This document shows, one piece after another, positions 10,179 to 20,713 of a stretch of 64,000 bases of DNA (the first letter of the stretch is position 1; each line of letters begins with the position of its first letter). This DNA comes from an uncultured Verrucomicrobiae bacterium. Lineage in GTDB: Bacteria; Verrucomicrobiota; Verrucomicrobiia; Chthoniobacterales; UBA10450. The position numbers were made by a program, and so were the translations under genes. The notes beneath the pieces are model-generated. The model ran no database searches and was not told where the DNA came from. It saw only the letters and a program-made list of their open reading frames with translations. The stretch is taken from the NCBI GenBank assembly GCA_963726745.1, contig CAVSDR010000006.1, forward strand, positions 256,001-320,000, given 5' to 3'.

Positions 10179-10955
10179 TTACATCCCCATGATCTGGTAC
10201 CCGCCATCGACATAGAGCACTTGTCCCGTGATCGAGGCGGCGCCTTCACTCGCGAGAAAGACGCCGGTCGCGCCGAGCTCCGCGCCACTGCACGAGCGAC
10301 GCAACGGAGCCCTCTCTTCGTAATGCTTCATCATCGTCATCAAGCCACTCACGCCGCGAGCTGCGAGCGTGTTCATCGGGCCGGCAGAGATGCAGTTCAC
10401 GCGAATCTTTTTTGCGCCCAGGTTGTGCGCCAAATAACGCGTGCTTGCCTCGAGCGAGGCCTTGGCCACGCCCATCACGTTATATCCCGGGACCACTTTT
10501 TCGGCGCCGTAATAAGTCATGGCCACGATGCTGCCCCCGTCGGTCATCATCGGCGCGACGGCGCGGGCGAGGGCCACCAGGGAATAGGCACTGATGTCGT
10601 GCGCCGCGGCAAAAGCCTCGCGGCTGGTGTTGAGGAATTCACCTTGGAGCGCTTCCTTGGGCGCAAAGGCGACCGAATGCAGCATCAGATCCACCCGGTC
10701 GGTGTGCCCGCGCACTTTCTCGAAGAACTGGGCGATCTCTTCGTCCTTCGAAACATCGCACGGCCACAGCGGCGTGCTCTCGCCAAACTCGCCGACTAAT
10801 TCCTCGACGTTCTCCTTCAATCGATCGCCTTGATAATTGAAGATCAGCTTCGCGCCCTCCGCGGCCCACGCCTGCGCGATCGCCCAGGCGATGCTCCGTT
10901 TGTTTGCCACGCCGAAGACGACTCCCGTTTTCCCTGCCAAAAGTTGCTGCGCCAT
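10179..10955 (-). CDS. fabI: Enoyl-ACP reductase
   Basis: GVANKRSIAWAIA, YNVMGVAKASLE, VNCISAGP. Confidence 0.95.
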   Translation of the reverse strand: MAQQLLAGKTGVVFGVANKRSIAWAIAQAWAAEGAKLIFNYQGDRLKENVEELVGEFGESTPLWPCDVSKDEEIAQFFEKVRGHTDRVDLMLHSVAFAPKEALQGEFLNTSREAFAAAHDISAYSLVALARAVAPMMTDGGSIVAMTYYGAEKVVPGYNVMGVAKASLEASTRYLAHNLGAKKIRVNCISAGPMNTLAARGVSGLMTMMKHYEERAPLRRSCSGAELGATGVFLASEGAASITGQVLYVDGGYQIMGM

Positions 10956-10994
10956 GGCCGGCAGCATACGCAGCTTCCCAAGGCGCGCCAAGAT

Positions 10995-11675
10995 TCAGCC
11001 GGCGGCCGCGCGCCGCTGGTCCCGCCGGCGCCCAACCAGGAAGCCGTAGAGTCCCTGGACCGGTCCGAGAAGCGCGAAAACCATCGGCGCCAGCGGCACC
11101 CAGCGCCGGGGGATGGTGAGCGCGATCAAGATTACAAGCAGGCCCACCCCGGCGTTGATCAGGTGCGCGCCCGCATCCGCCTTCACCTGGAAAACCTCCT
11201 CGACGGTCATTTCCATGGCCGCCCGCTGTCGCCAGGCGTGCACATGCAGCAGCACGAACATGGCGAAGAGGCCGGCAAATCCCGCGCCGTAGATCGCCGA
11301 GGTGCGCGCCAGTTGCTCCAACGTCATCGGCGTGATCTCCCGGCCGGTTACGCCGAACCGCGCGAACCAGGAATCGAAGATGAACTTCAGCGGGTAGACG
11401 TAAAACAGGACCACGAAGAGGAGCGCGCCGTTGAGCGCCACCGCGAGCCCGTCCTCGAGTCGGTAACGTTGAAAAAAGCGTCGGTGTTCGAACCAGACCC
11501 AGACGAGGACGGCGAAGGAACACGCAAAAGGGAGGAAACCGCCGAGCAACTTCTCTAGGTCGGCATAGCTGCGCGGCACTTCGAGCGCGACCACCAGGAG
11601 CGTAAGCGCGAAAGCGAAGACCGCGTCGCTGAAAGCTTCCAGGCGCGAGTTTTCCTGCTTTCCCGCTGGCTTCAT
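10995..11675 (-). CDS. TMEM175 family potassium channel
   Basis: RLEAFSDAVFAFALTLL signature and about six TM helices. Confidence 0.88.
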   Translation of the reverse strand: MKPAGKQENSRLEAFSDAVFAFALTLLVVALEVPRSYADLEKLLGGFLPFACSFAVLVWVWFEHRRFFQRYRLEDGLAVALNGALLFVVLFYVYPLKFIFDSWFARFGVTGREITPMTLEQLARTSAIYGAGFAGLFAMFVLLHVHAWRQRAAMEMTVEEVFQVKADAGAHLINAGVGLLVILIALTIPRRWVPLAPMVFALLGPVQGLYGFLVGRRRDQRRAAAG

Positions 11676-11801
11676 TTCTGCCGTTCTATAGAAACGTTTT
11701 CACCGCGTCACCGCGAAAGCTTTCCGGGGCGGTCCACCTCATGGGCGAGGGTCGGATGAATCCATTCGCCGCCAGTGGGCGAAAATACCTCGGCCATGGT
11801 C

Positions 11802-13357
11802 ATGAATCTCCAACCTGCTTCCGCGAGCGAAAAATCTGTCGTCATCGTGGGCGCCGGCCCCGGCGGGTTTGGCCGCTGCCATCTTGCTCGCTGCCGCCGG
11901 CACGAAAGTGCGCATCCTCGAGCGGCTGCCGATTGTCGGCGGGCGCACTTCCACGATCGAGGCCGATGGCTTTCGCTTCGATCTCGGGCCGACTTTTTTC
12001 CTCTACCCGCGCGTGCTCGAGGAGATCCTTGCAGTGGCCGGGACCAGCCTTGCAAAAGAGGTCGAAATGGTCCGGCTCGATCCGCAATATCGCCTCCTCT
12101 TCGGCGCCGGCGGCCAGCTCGATTGCACCCCGGACGCGGCGGAGATGGAGCGCCAAATTGCTGCCTTTTCCCCGCGCGACGCCGGCGGGTTCGCGGCTTT
12201 CATGCAGGCGAACCGCGCCAAGCTCGAACGCATGCAGCCTGCGCTCGAGAGCGCCTTTCACGGTTGGCGCAACTTGATCGATCCGCGCCTGCTCAAGTTG
12301 CTGCCAATGCTTCAGCCGCATCGCTCGCTCGACAGTTACCTGCGCCGCTTTTTCACCGATGAGCGTACGCGCCTCGCCTTCTCATTTCAGTCGAAATATC
12401 TCGGCATGTCGCCGTTTCGCTGCCCGAGTCTTTTCTCGATTCTCTCCTTCCTCGAATACGAATACGGCGTCTTCCACCCGATCGGCGGTTGCGGCGCGAT
12501 CACGCAGGCGCTCGCGCGCGTGGCCCAGCGGCTCGGCGTGGAGATTCAACTCGACGAGCCGGTGACCGAACTTCTGCTCGAGAACAAACGCGCCGTGGGC
12601 GTGCGCACGCGTCGCGGGGTTTATCGCGCCGATGCGGTGGTCGTGAATGCTGACTTCGCGCGCGCCATGTCGCGCTTTGTCCCGAATAGCGCGCGCCGCC
12701 GCTGGACGGAGGAGAAGGTGGCGCGCAAGAAGTTCTAGCTGCTCGACTTTCATGCTCTACCTCGGGATCGAAGGCCGCTTCGACCTCCCACATCACAACA
12801 TCTATGTCGCCCGCGACTACGCGCGAAACCTCGACGAGATCGAGAATCAGCACGTTCTCTCGCGCGATCCTTCCTTCTACGTGCAGAATGCGAGCGTGAC
12901 CGACCCGACGCTCGCCCCCGCCGGGATGAGCACGCTCTATGTGCTCGCGCCGGTGACGCACCAGCACGCGAACGTCGATTGGAGCGTGGAGAAGGACCGC
13001 TTCCGCACGCTTCTCTTGAAACAAATCGCGCAGGCCGGCTTCACCGGCGTGGAGGAGCGCATCCGCTTCGAGCGCATGATCACGCCGGCTGATTGGGACG
13101 AGCAATACGAGATCCACCTCGGCGCGACCTTTAATCTCTCGCACTCGTTAGACCAGCTCCTGCACCTGCGCCCGCGAAATCGCTTCGAGGACATTCCCGG
13201 GGTTTACCTTGTCGGCGGCGGAACCCATCCCGGCAGCGGGTTGCCGGTTATTTTTGAATCGGCCCGCATCACCTCGCGTTTGCTCTGCGAGGATCTCGCT
13301 CTGCCCAATCCCGCGCCTGCGACGGCGGCCGGCGATCCCTTGGAGGTGCTCGCTTGA
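11802..13357 (+). CDS. Phytoene/diapophytoene desaturase (CrtI/CrtN family), split by two +1 frameshifts (~11868, ~12736)
   Basis: VIVGAGPGG|LAAA FAD motif, FDLGPTF, KKF|SCSTFMLYLG, GGGTHPGSGLP; three frames join into one protein. Confidence 0.88.
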
Positions 13358-14643
13358 TTGCCGCGCTCGACGTTCATCGTTTGGAAACCGCGGTCTCTGA
13401 CGATGTCCGCCAGGCGGTCGAACGCGCCCGCGCCGCCCAGCCAGCCTGGGCTCGCCTAACGAGCAGTGCGCGCGCGCGCCACTTCGGCCGGCTGCGCCCG
13501 TTGCTCGCGGAGAATGCCCGCGCGCTCGCGCAGGCGGCCGCGGCCATCGCCCATCGCCCGCTGGCCGAGAAGCTCACTTCGGAAGTGCTTCCGCTGGTCG
13601 AGGCGGTGCGCTTTCTCCAGCGCGAAACCACCCGCATCCTGCGCCCGCAAAAGTTCGGCCGGCGCGGTCGGCCACTTTGGCTGCACGGCAGCACCTTCGA
13701 GGTGCAACGCCGGCCGCATGGCGTGGTCCTCGTGGTGGGCCCGGGAAATTACCCGCTCTTTTTGCCCGCGGTCCATCTGCTGCAGGCGCTCGCGGCAGGG
13801 AACGCGGTCGTGGTCAAGCCGGCCGAGGGCACGTCGCGTCCGCTGGAATTACTGCACGACATCTTGCTGTCTGTTTTCCCGAAAGGCCTGGTCGAGCTCC
13901 TGCCCGAGACCAAGGCCGCCGCGCGCGCCGCAGTTCAATGCGGGATCGACAAGGCCATCTTTACCGGTTCTTCGCCGAACGGCTGCGACCTGCTCGCGCT
14001 CCTGGCGGAGACGAATGTCCCAAGCGTGATGGAACTCTCCGGCGCGGATGCGGTCTTCGTGCGCGCCGATGCGGACGTCGCGCTCGCGGCCAAGGCCATT
14101 TGCTTCGGGGTGCGGCTAAACAACGGCAACACCTGCATGGCGCCGCAGACCATCTTCGTGCATCAAGGCGTCGAGGCCGAGCTACGGAAAGCGCTGATTC
14201 TTTCTGGTCTGGAGGAGGAAAGCATCGTCGCGGTGCGCGATGACGCCGACGCGCTCGAGCTGGCAAACCTGAACGAGCACGGCCTGGGGGCCTCGATTTT
14301 CTCGAGCGACGAAAAAGCTGCGCAAGCGCTCGCCGCGCAGCTTCGCACTGGCTTCGTCACGATTAACGATCTCATCGTCCCGACGGCCGATCCGCGGTTC
14401 CCCTTCGGCGGGGTGGGCGCGAGCGGGTTCGGGATTACGCGCGGCGCGGAAGGCCTGCTCGAGATGACCTACGCGCACGTGGTCGCGACCCGGCGGACGA
14501 AATTCCTCCCGCATCTCGAGGAGCCGCAGGAGCAGGACGCGGAACTTTTTGAAACGTATCTTACCCTGGCGCACGGGCGCGGCTGGCGCGCGCGCTGGTC
14601 GGCGCTCCGCCGGCTGGTGCAACTATGTCGGGAGCGAAAATGA
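13354..14643 (+). CDS. Aldehyde dehydrogenase, probably carotenoid aldehyde oxidation (AldH/CrtNc-like)
   Basis: PGNYP, FTGS, MELSG, GNTCMAP (catalytic Cys), PFGG; operon context. Confidence 0.85.
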   Translation: MIAALDVHRLETAVSDDVRQAVERARAAQPAWARLTSSARARHFGRLRPLLAENARALAQAAAAIAHRPLAEKLTSEVLPLVEAVRFLQRETTRILRPQKFGRRGRPLWLHGSTFEVQRRPHGVVLVVGPGNYPLFLPAVHLLQALAAGNAVVVKPAEGTSRPLELLHDILLSVFPKGLVELLPETKAAARAAVQCGIDKAIFTGSSPNGCDLLALLAETNVPSVMELSGADAVFVRADADVALAAKAICFGVRLNNGNTCMAPQTIFVHQGVEAELRKALILSGLEEESIVAVRDDADALELANLNEHGLGASIFSSDEKAAQALAAQLRTGFVTINDLIVPTADPRFPFGGVGASGFGITRGAEGLLEMTYAHVVATRRTKFLPHLEEPQEQDAELFETYLTLAHGRGWRARWSALRRLVQLCRERK

Positions 14644-16163
14644 AACACGTAGGAATTGTCGGCGGCGGCTTGGGTGGATTGGCGGCGGCTTGCACGCTGG
14701 CGGCGCGCGGGCATGCCGTGACCGTTTTCGAGAAAAACGAGTGGCTCGGCGGCAAGGCCGCGGTCCTGGAACAGGATGGCTACCGCTTCGATATGGGGCC
14801 GACGATCCTGACCGTGCCCTCCGTTCTCCGGCGCATCTTCGCCGAGGCTGGGCGCAAGCTCGAGGACGAGCTTCCTCTCGTTAGGCTGGATCCGCAGTGG
14901 CGCTGCTTCTTTGACGATGGCAACCAGCTCGACCTGGTCGCGAGCGTGGCCCGGATGCGCGAAGTGCTGGCTGATTTCTCCGGTGCGCCGACCGCCGAGG
15001 GCTACGCGAAGTTCATCGACCACGCGGAACGCCTCCATCGCATCTCCTCGCAGTGGTTTTTCTGGCGCCCAGTCGGCGGCCTGCGCGACATGTTTAACGC
15101 GCGCAACATGACCCAGAGCGGCACGCTTTCCGACGTCTTCGCGATGCGCATGGGCCGGAGTGTGGCCAGCACGGTGCGCTCCTACGTGCCGGATGCGCGA
15201 GTCGCGCAGATGGTCGACCACTTCACCCAATATGTCGGCTCCGCGCCGGACACATCGCCCGCCGTTCTTTGCGGCATCGCGCACATGCAGACCGAGGAAG
15301 GCATCTGGTATCCACGCGGCGGCACCGCGGCCATTCCGCGCGCGCTCGAGAAATTAGCCAGCGAGTTGGGAGTGAAAATCCGCCTCGGCGTGGACGTCGC
15401 GCGGATCACACACACCAGTGGCCAGGTCACCGGCGTGGAGCTGACAGACGGCGAAAACGTGAAGCTCGACGCGGTTGTTTCCAACAGCGACGCGGTCCGC
15501 ACGCACCGGGAGTTGTTAGGCGGCGTGAAAAAATTCGAGCGCCGCCGGCGTTACGAGCCGGCCTGCTCCGGGGTCGTGCTTTACCTCGGCCTGCGCAAAC
15601 GCCAGCCGGCGTTCCTCCATCACAATTTCGTCTTCTCCGCCGATCCGCACGAGGAGTTCGATTACATCTATCGCCGCGGCGAACCCGCGCCCGACCCGAC
15701 CTGTTACGTCTGCGCGCCTGCGATCACCGAGCCGGAGGTCGCGCCGCCCGGCGGCGAAGCGCTCTATATTCTCGTGCACACGCCCTATCTCCGACCCGGT
15801 CAGGATTGGCAGAAAATGCTGCCTGATTATCGGCGAACGATTTTGGAAAAAATCCGGCGCACCACCGGCGTGGATCTCGAGAGCGAAATCGTAACCGAGA
15901 GCGCGCTCACCCCGCAGGACATCCATGAGCGCTACCGCGTGCTCAACGGCGCGATCTACGGCCTCGCGAGTCACGGCCGCTGGCTCGGCGCTTTCAAGCC
16001 AAACAATCGCAGCGCCGACGTGCGCGGCCTTTACCTCGCCGGTGGCGCGGCGCATCCGGGACCGGGCATGCCGATGGTTTTGATGTCCGGTTGGATCGCG
16101 GCCGATGCGCTCGATCAAGACCAGCCCGCGGTCCAAAAACCCGATCTCGTGACGGCTGCATGA
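14640..16163 (+). CDS. Second CrtI-family flavoprotein (CrtP/CrtNb-like carotenoid oxidase)
   Basis: GIVGGGLGGLAAA, FDMGPTIL, GGAAHPGPGMP. Confidence 0.87.
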   Translation: MKHVGIVGGGLGGLAAACTLAARGHAVTVFEKNEWLGGKAAVLEQDGYRFDMGPTILTVPSVLRRIFAEAGRKLEDELPLVRLDPQWRCFFDDGNQLDLVASVARMREVLADFSGAPTAEGYAKFIDHAERLHRISSQWFFWRPVGGLRDMFNARNMTQSGTLSDVFAMRMGRSVASTVRSYVPDARVAQMVDHFTQYVGSAPDTSPAVLCGIAHMQTEEGIWYPRGGTAAIPRALEKLASELGVKIRLGVDVARITHTSGQVTGVELTDGENVKLDAVVSNSDAVRTHRELLGGVKKFERRRRYEPACSGVVLYLGLRKRQPAFLHHNFVFSADPHEEFDYIYRRGEPAPDPTCYVCAPAITEPEVAPPGGEALYILVHTPYLRPGQDWQKMLPDYRRTILEKIRRTTGVDLESEIVTESALTPQDIHERYRVLNGAIYGLASHGRWLGAFKPNNRSADVRGLYLAGGAAHPGPGMPMVLMSGWIAADALDQDQPAVQKPDLVTAA

Positions 16164-16978
16164 TCGCGCGCACCTCCGCGGTCGGTCGCGGTCCGGCCGG
16201 CAGGAATCGCCGCACTGGCGCAGTCGCGCCGCGCATCTCGCCCAGACTCCTGCGGCTTTTTCAGCGCTATGCGCAAGGTTATGTGCGCCGGCATTTTCAT
16301 TCCGTGCGGCTGCTGCGCGGCGGCGCGCCGGCACGATGTGTCGACTACCCACTGGTGGTCTACCTGAATCACGCCTCTTGGTGGGATCCGCTGCTATGCC
16401 TGCTGCTGGCGCAGCGTTTCTTTCCGGCGCGCCAATCCTACGGGCCAATCGAAGACGACTCGTTAGGGCGTTATCGCTTCTTTGAGAAGCTGGGCTTCTT
16501 TGGCGTGGAAGGAAACCGCTCGCCGGCGCGCGTCGATTTTCTCCGAATCGCCGACCGGATTCTCGCGACGGAGCGCAACGCGCTTTGGCTCACGCCGCAG
16601 GCACGCTTCGTCGACAGCCGGGTGCGCCCGCTACATTTCCGGCGCGGGTTGGGTCACCTGGCGGCGCGCACTGACCGGGCCGCCTTCCTGCCGCTGGCGC
16701 TGGAATATGTTTTCTGGGAAGAGCGCCAGCCGGAGGTGCTGGTGGGCTTTGGTGAACCGGTGATTTTTTCCGGTGAACAACGGCTTGGCCTCGGTGAAAC
16801 GACGCGCCTTTTCGAGACGGCGCTCGCCACGGTGCAGGATCACTTGGCCGCGGCCGCGCAACGCCGGCAGCCGGCGGAATGGGACCGCCTCGTCGTCGGC
16901 CGCGCAACGATCAATCCCTTCTACGATCTCTGGCGCCGCCTGCGCGGCGAGCGCTCGCTGGCGCATTCCGACTTGTGA
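16160..16978 (+). CDS. Acyltransferase, PlsC-like (carotenoid glycoside acylation)
   Basis: NHASWWD (HX4D) motif; operon context. Confidence 0.8.
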   Translation: MIARTSAVGRGPAGRNRRTGAVAPRISPRLLRLFQRYAQGYVRRHFHSVRLLRGGAPARCVDYPLVVYLNHASWWDPLLCLLLAQRFFPARQSYGPIEDDSLGRYRFFEKLGFFGVEGNRSPARVDFLRIADRILATERNALWLTPQARFVDSRVRPLHFRRGLGHLAARTDRAAFLPLALEYVFWEERQPEVLVGFGEPVIFSGEQRLGLGETTRLFETALATVQDHLAAAAQRRQPAEWDRLVVGRATINPFYDLWRRLRGERSLAHSDL

Positions 16979-18100
16979 GCGCGTTCCTCTTTGTCGTGCT
17001 CGCGTGCGCCGCCTGGCCCGCGCTGCTTTTCCTGCGCAACCTCTCCGTTTTCCGTCCGCCTGCGTCCGGCGAGGAAATAGCCGACAACCTCTCGATCCTG
17101 ATCCCGGCGCGGGACGAGGCGCGCAACATCCGCGCGGCGGTCGAGGCTGCGCTCGCCAATGCCGGCGCCGAGGTGCTGGTGCTCGACGATGGCTCGGAGG
17201 ATGCGACCCCGGAAATCGTGGCCGAAATGACCCGCCGCGAGCCGCGTCTGCGTCTGCTCCGCGGTGAAACTTTGCCAGCAGGCTGGTGCGGCAAAAACTG
17301 GGCCTGCGCGCAGCTCGCGGCCGCGGCCACCCGTCCGATTTTACTCTTCGCGGATGCCGACGTGCGCCTCGCTCCCGGCGCCGGCGCGGCCCTGGGCCGC
17401 TGGCTGCGCCTAACGAGAGCTGATCTCGGCAGCGGGATTCCCCGGCAGGAGATGGAGAGCTTCGCGGAGCGCTTGCTCGTGCCGCTGATTCACTTCGTGC
17501 TCCTTGGCTTCCTGCCGTTGCGCCGGATGCGCGCCTCGCCACATCCCGCGTATGCCACCGGCTGCGGGCAGCTGATGGTCGCGGACGCGGCGGCCTACCG
17601 CGCCACCGGCGGGCACGGCGCGATCCGTTCCCGCATCCACGAAGGCCTCGCACTGCCGCGGCTCTTCCGCGAGCGAGGGCTTCCGCACGGATTTGTTTGA
17701 TGCCACGCCATGGGCGCTTTGCCGGATGTACCGAAGCGACGCGGAGACCTGGCGCGGTTTTGGCAAGAATACGCACGAAGGCCTCGGCGCGCCCACGCGG
17801 ATCGGTCCGTTTACCTTGATCCTCGGCCTTGGGCAGGTGGCGCCGTTTGCGCTTCTCCCCTTCACGCCATGGCTTTCGGGCTGGCAAATAGCCGGCATTT
17901 TCATCGCGATCGTCGCCGCGCTGCTGCCGCGGGTGGTCGCGGCGCGCCGGTTCGGCCAACCGTTCCGTGCGGTCTGGCTGCATCCGCTCGGCGTCGCCAG
18001 CTTGCTGGCTCTCCAATGGTGGGGCCTCGTGCGCTACCTGCGCGGCCGCCCTTCCTCCTGGAAAGGCCGCAGCTATCTAAGCGCGCCGACCGCAGCCTAA
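16975..18100 (+). CDS. Glycosyltransferase family 2 (CrtQ-like), +1 frameshift at ~17678
   Basis: IPARDE, DDGSED, GWCGKNWAC, DADV; RER|GFRTDLFDA continues in the next frame. Confidence 0.85.
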
Positions 18101-18769
18101 CAAGCGATCGCGTGGCGCTGGCAAACGCCCGAAAGCAGGTCCCAAAGCGATTGGAGCACGCGGTCGACCGCGGCTTTGACCGCGCCGGCGTTCTCCTCGG
18201 TCACGTGCTCGCGCAGCATCTCGCGCTCGGCCGCGGCATGCTCGCGGTCGGCTTCGAGGTGCACGCTGAAATACTCGTAGCTCTTCGCGTCGGTCTGGCC
18301 GTAGTGCTTCTTCAAGCCATCGATCTTCGACTCCGAGACGCTCGGGATCTGGCTCTCGTAGGCGTAAAGCGCAGCCAGGCCCTCGGCCGTGGCCCCGTGG
18401 TGGCAGATGTCGCGGAAAGTCCCGATGAGACCGCAGGTTTCCGGCTGCTTCGCGGCGCCCTGCACCTCTTCGCGGCTCGCGCCTAACGAGTCGGCAAATT
18501 GCAGCCAAAGTTCCGGATGATTCGGGGTGCCGGCTTCCTCGTCGATCAAGTTTTGCAGGACCTGCCGGCGGGTCGGCTGGTCTTCGCAATGCGCGTGCAC
18601 CGCCGAGAGATAGGTCGGGAAGGCGGCCACGTGGTGGTAGTACTGCTGCGGCGTAATCGCGCAGCGCCGCGGCGCTGAGCTCGCCGCGGGTCCAGGCGAG
18701 GTAAAAGGGATGGGTCAGGAGATGTTTCGCGGCGATCTGCTGGTCGATGGAATCGAGGATCTGGCTCAT
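18097..18769 (-). CDS. CADD / heme-oxygenase-like diiron protein (PqqC/TenA superfamily), +1 frameshift at ~18648
   Basis: HPFYLAW, QYYHHVAAFP, NLIDEE, HPELW, YESQIP, YFSVHLEADREH. Confidence 0.82.
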
Positions 18770-18912
18770 GGGAAAGATGGAAGAGTTGAGGGTTGAGCCG
18801 CGAGTCTCCCCGAAGAACTCCACCGCGAAAAGAAAATCTTTTCCCGGCCGACTGCTCGTTAGGCGGCGGCTTTTGCCTTGCCAGCCGGACGGCCCGGGAA
18901 AGAATAGCCGGC

Positions 18913-19221
18913 ATGATCGGACGCGCGCGCCTCGCCCTGCTCCTCCTGCTCTTCTTCGTGGCGAGCTGCGATCGCGCGCGCGAACGCCTCGCGGGGAAAT
19001 GGCAGGCCGCGAACGACCCGAATGCGATGGTCTGGGAATTCTCCGCCAATGGCGCGCTCAAAGCCGGCGAAACCGCGGGACGCTACACTTTGGGCGACGG
19101 CCGGCGGATCAAGATCCAGACGCCGCGCGCGACTTTTGTCTACGAACTCGAGCTGCGCGACGACGTGATGATTTGGAAAGAAGCGAGCGGCGCGCGCACG
19201 GAATTGCATCGCCTCCGGTGA
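18913..19221 (+). CDS. Small lipoprotein, hypothetical
   Basis: Hydrophobic leader with VASC lipobox; GKW lipocalin-like start. Confidence 0.6.
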   Translation: MIGRARLALLLLLFFVASCDRARERLAGKWQAANDPNAMVWEFSANGALKAGETAGRYTLGDGRRIKIQTPRATFVYELELRDDVMIWKEASGARTELHRLR

Positions 19222-19270
19222 GCCCGGAAGAATGATTCGCGACGGCTCCGCTTAGTGTTATAGACGCGAC

Positions 19271-19945
19271 GTGGCCGGGCGTGGAAAAACAGTCGACAAG
19301 CCGGAGCCGCGCTGGCACGCGCTCTTCGCGCTGCTCGCCGTGACCGGGATCAACTTCGCCCTGCCCTCCTGGCTGAGCCTCGCGCCGCGCTGGGTCTTGC
19401 CGGCAGTGGTGGCGGCGCTGCTCGTTCCCTCGGTGGTGTCGCATCGCACGCGACGCTTTCACGTTAATCACCTCCTCGGTCTCGCGATTAGCGGCCTGAT
19501 CACGCTCGGGCTGCTCGGCTCGGTTGCGCTGCTCGTCGCCGGGCTCGCGGCCAATCGCGAGAAAGGGATGCCGCTGCTTATCTCCGGCGCGGAGCTGTGG
19601 CTGAGCAACGTCCTCGTCTTTGCGCTCTGGTATTGGCGGCTCGATGGCGGCGGCCCAAACGAACGCGATGAGCGCAACGAATTTGGCAGCCGCAGCTTCG
19701 TCTTCCCGCAGATGCAGGTGGAAAAAAGCGATCGCAACCACTTCGGGATTCACCAGAGCTGGCGCCCGCGCTTTCTCGATTATCTCTTCATCGCGATGAT
19801 GCAGAGCGCGACCTTCGGGCCGACCGATTCGCCCGTGCTCGCCCGTTGGGCCAAGTGCCTGATCATGCTGCAAACGCTCATCTCGCTGGTGATCGTCGTG
19901 CTGCTCATTTCGCACGCCGTCGGCGCGATCGGGCCCTCGTCTTAA
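19271..19945 (+). CDS. Membrane protein, DUF1345-like
   Basis: Multiple TM segments; FALWYW, FVFPQ, P.FLDYLF, FGPTD. Confidence 0.75.
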   Translation: MAGRGKTVDKPEPRWHALFALLAVTGINFALPSWLSLAPRWVLPAVVAALLVPSVVSHRTRRFHVNHLLGLAISGLITLGLLGSVALLVAGLAANREKGMPLLISGAELWLSNVLVFALWYWRLDGGGPNERDERNEFGSRSFVFPQMQVEKSDRNHFGIHQSWRPRFLDYLFIAMMQSATFGPTDSPVLARWAKCLIMLQTLISLVIVVLLISHAVGAIGPSS

Positions 19946-19949
19946 GAGA

Positions 19950-20348
19950 ATGTCGGCACCCCTGATCGTCCGTCGTTCCCGCATCAACGGGCAAGGCTGC
20001 TTCGCCGGGCAGCCTTTCCGCCGCTGGCAAAAAATCGGCGAACTCCGCGGCGAACGCATCCCGGCCCGCGAAGCCGCGCGCCGCGTGGCCCGCGGCGGAC
20101 CGGTGCGCATTTGCGAGATCGATCACCGCTGGAGCATCGATGCGAGCGTGGGCGGCGACGCCACCGCTTACATCAACCACTCGTGCGCGCCGAATTGCTT
20201 CACGCGCGTGCTGCACGGGCACATTCTCTTTTTTGCCCTGCGCGACCTCGCCGCCGGCGAGGAGATCACGCTCGATTACACCCCCTCGCAGCATCCCGGT
20301 CTCCCCTGCCGCTGCGGCGCGGCCAATTGCCCCGGAGTGATGCGATGA
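19950..20348 (+). CDS. SET-domain lysine methyltransferase-like protein
   Basis: YINHSCAPN, GEEITLDY, post-SET CRCGAANC. Confidence 0.9.
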   Translation: MSAPLIVRRSRINGQGCFAGQPFRRWQKIGELRGERIPAREAARRVARGGPVRICEIDHRWSIDASVGGDATAYINHSCAPNCFTRVLHGHILFFALRDLAAGEEITLDYTPSQHPGLPCRCGAANCPGVMR

Positions 20349-20704
20349 AGCGGTGCCTCCCTGTCGCGCTGCTCTGGCTCCTGATCTTGCCGGCTAAAAC
20401 CCCCGCGCAGGAAATCACCCTCGAGGAGATCACCGTGGAAACGACTTCGCCGCTTGAGCGGCCGCTCGGAAAAATAGTCGACACTTTGACGGCGCGCCTG
20501 CAGCTCGAGGGCGAAACCCGGCGCGCGCTCGAGCTGCGCGCGCTCCACCAAAATTCGCTCACGACTTTGCTTGAGCTGAGCGCCTACTCCCCGGTCTCGT
20601 TAGGCGCGAGCGACCGGCGGGTGGACACTTTTTTCCGGGAGAATGCGATGCGGCCGGACTTGAACCCACGCGAAGAGGCTTCCCTCTTTCCCCGCAGGCG
20701 CTAG
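20345..20704 (+). CDS. Secreted hypothetical protein
   Basis: MKRCLPVALLWLLILP signal; ATGA overlap with SET gene. Confidence 0.6.
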   Translation: MKRCLPVALLWLLILPAKTPAQEITLEEITVETTSPLERPLGKIVDTLTARLQLEGETRRALELRALHQNSLTTLLELSAYSPVSLGASDRRVDTFFRENAMRPDLNPREEASLFPRRR

Positions 20705-20713
20705 ATATCGCAC

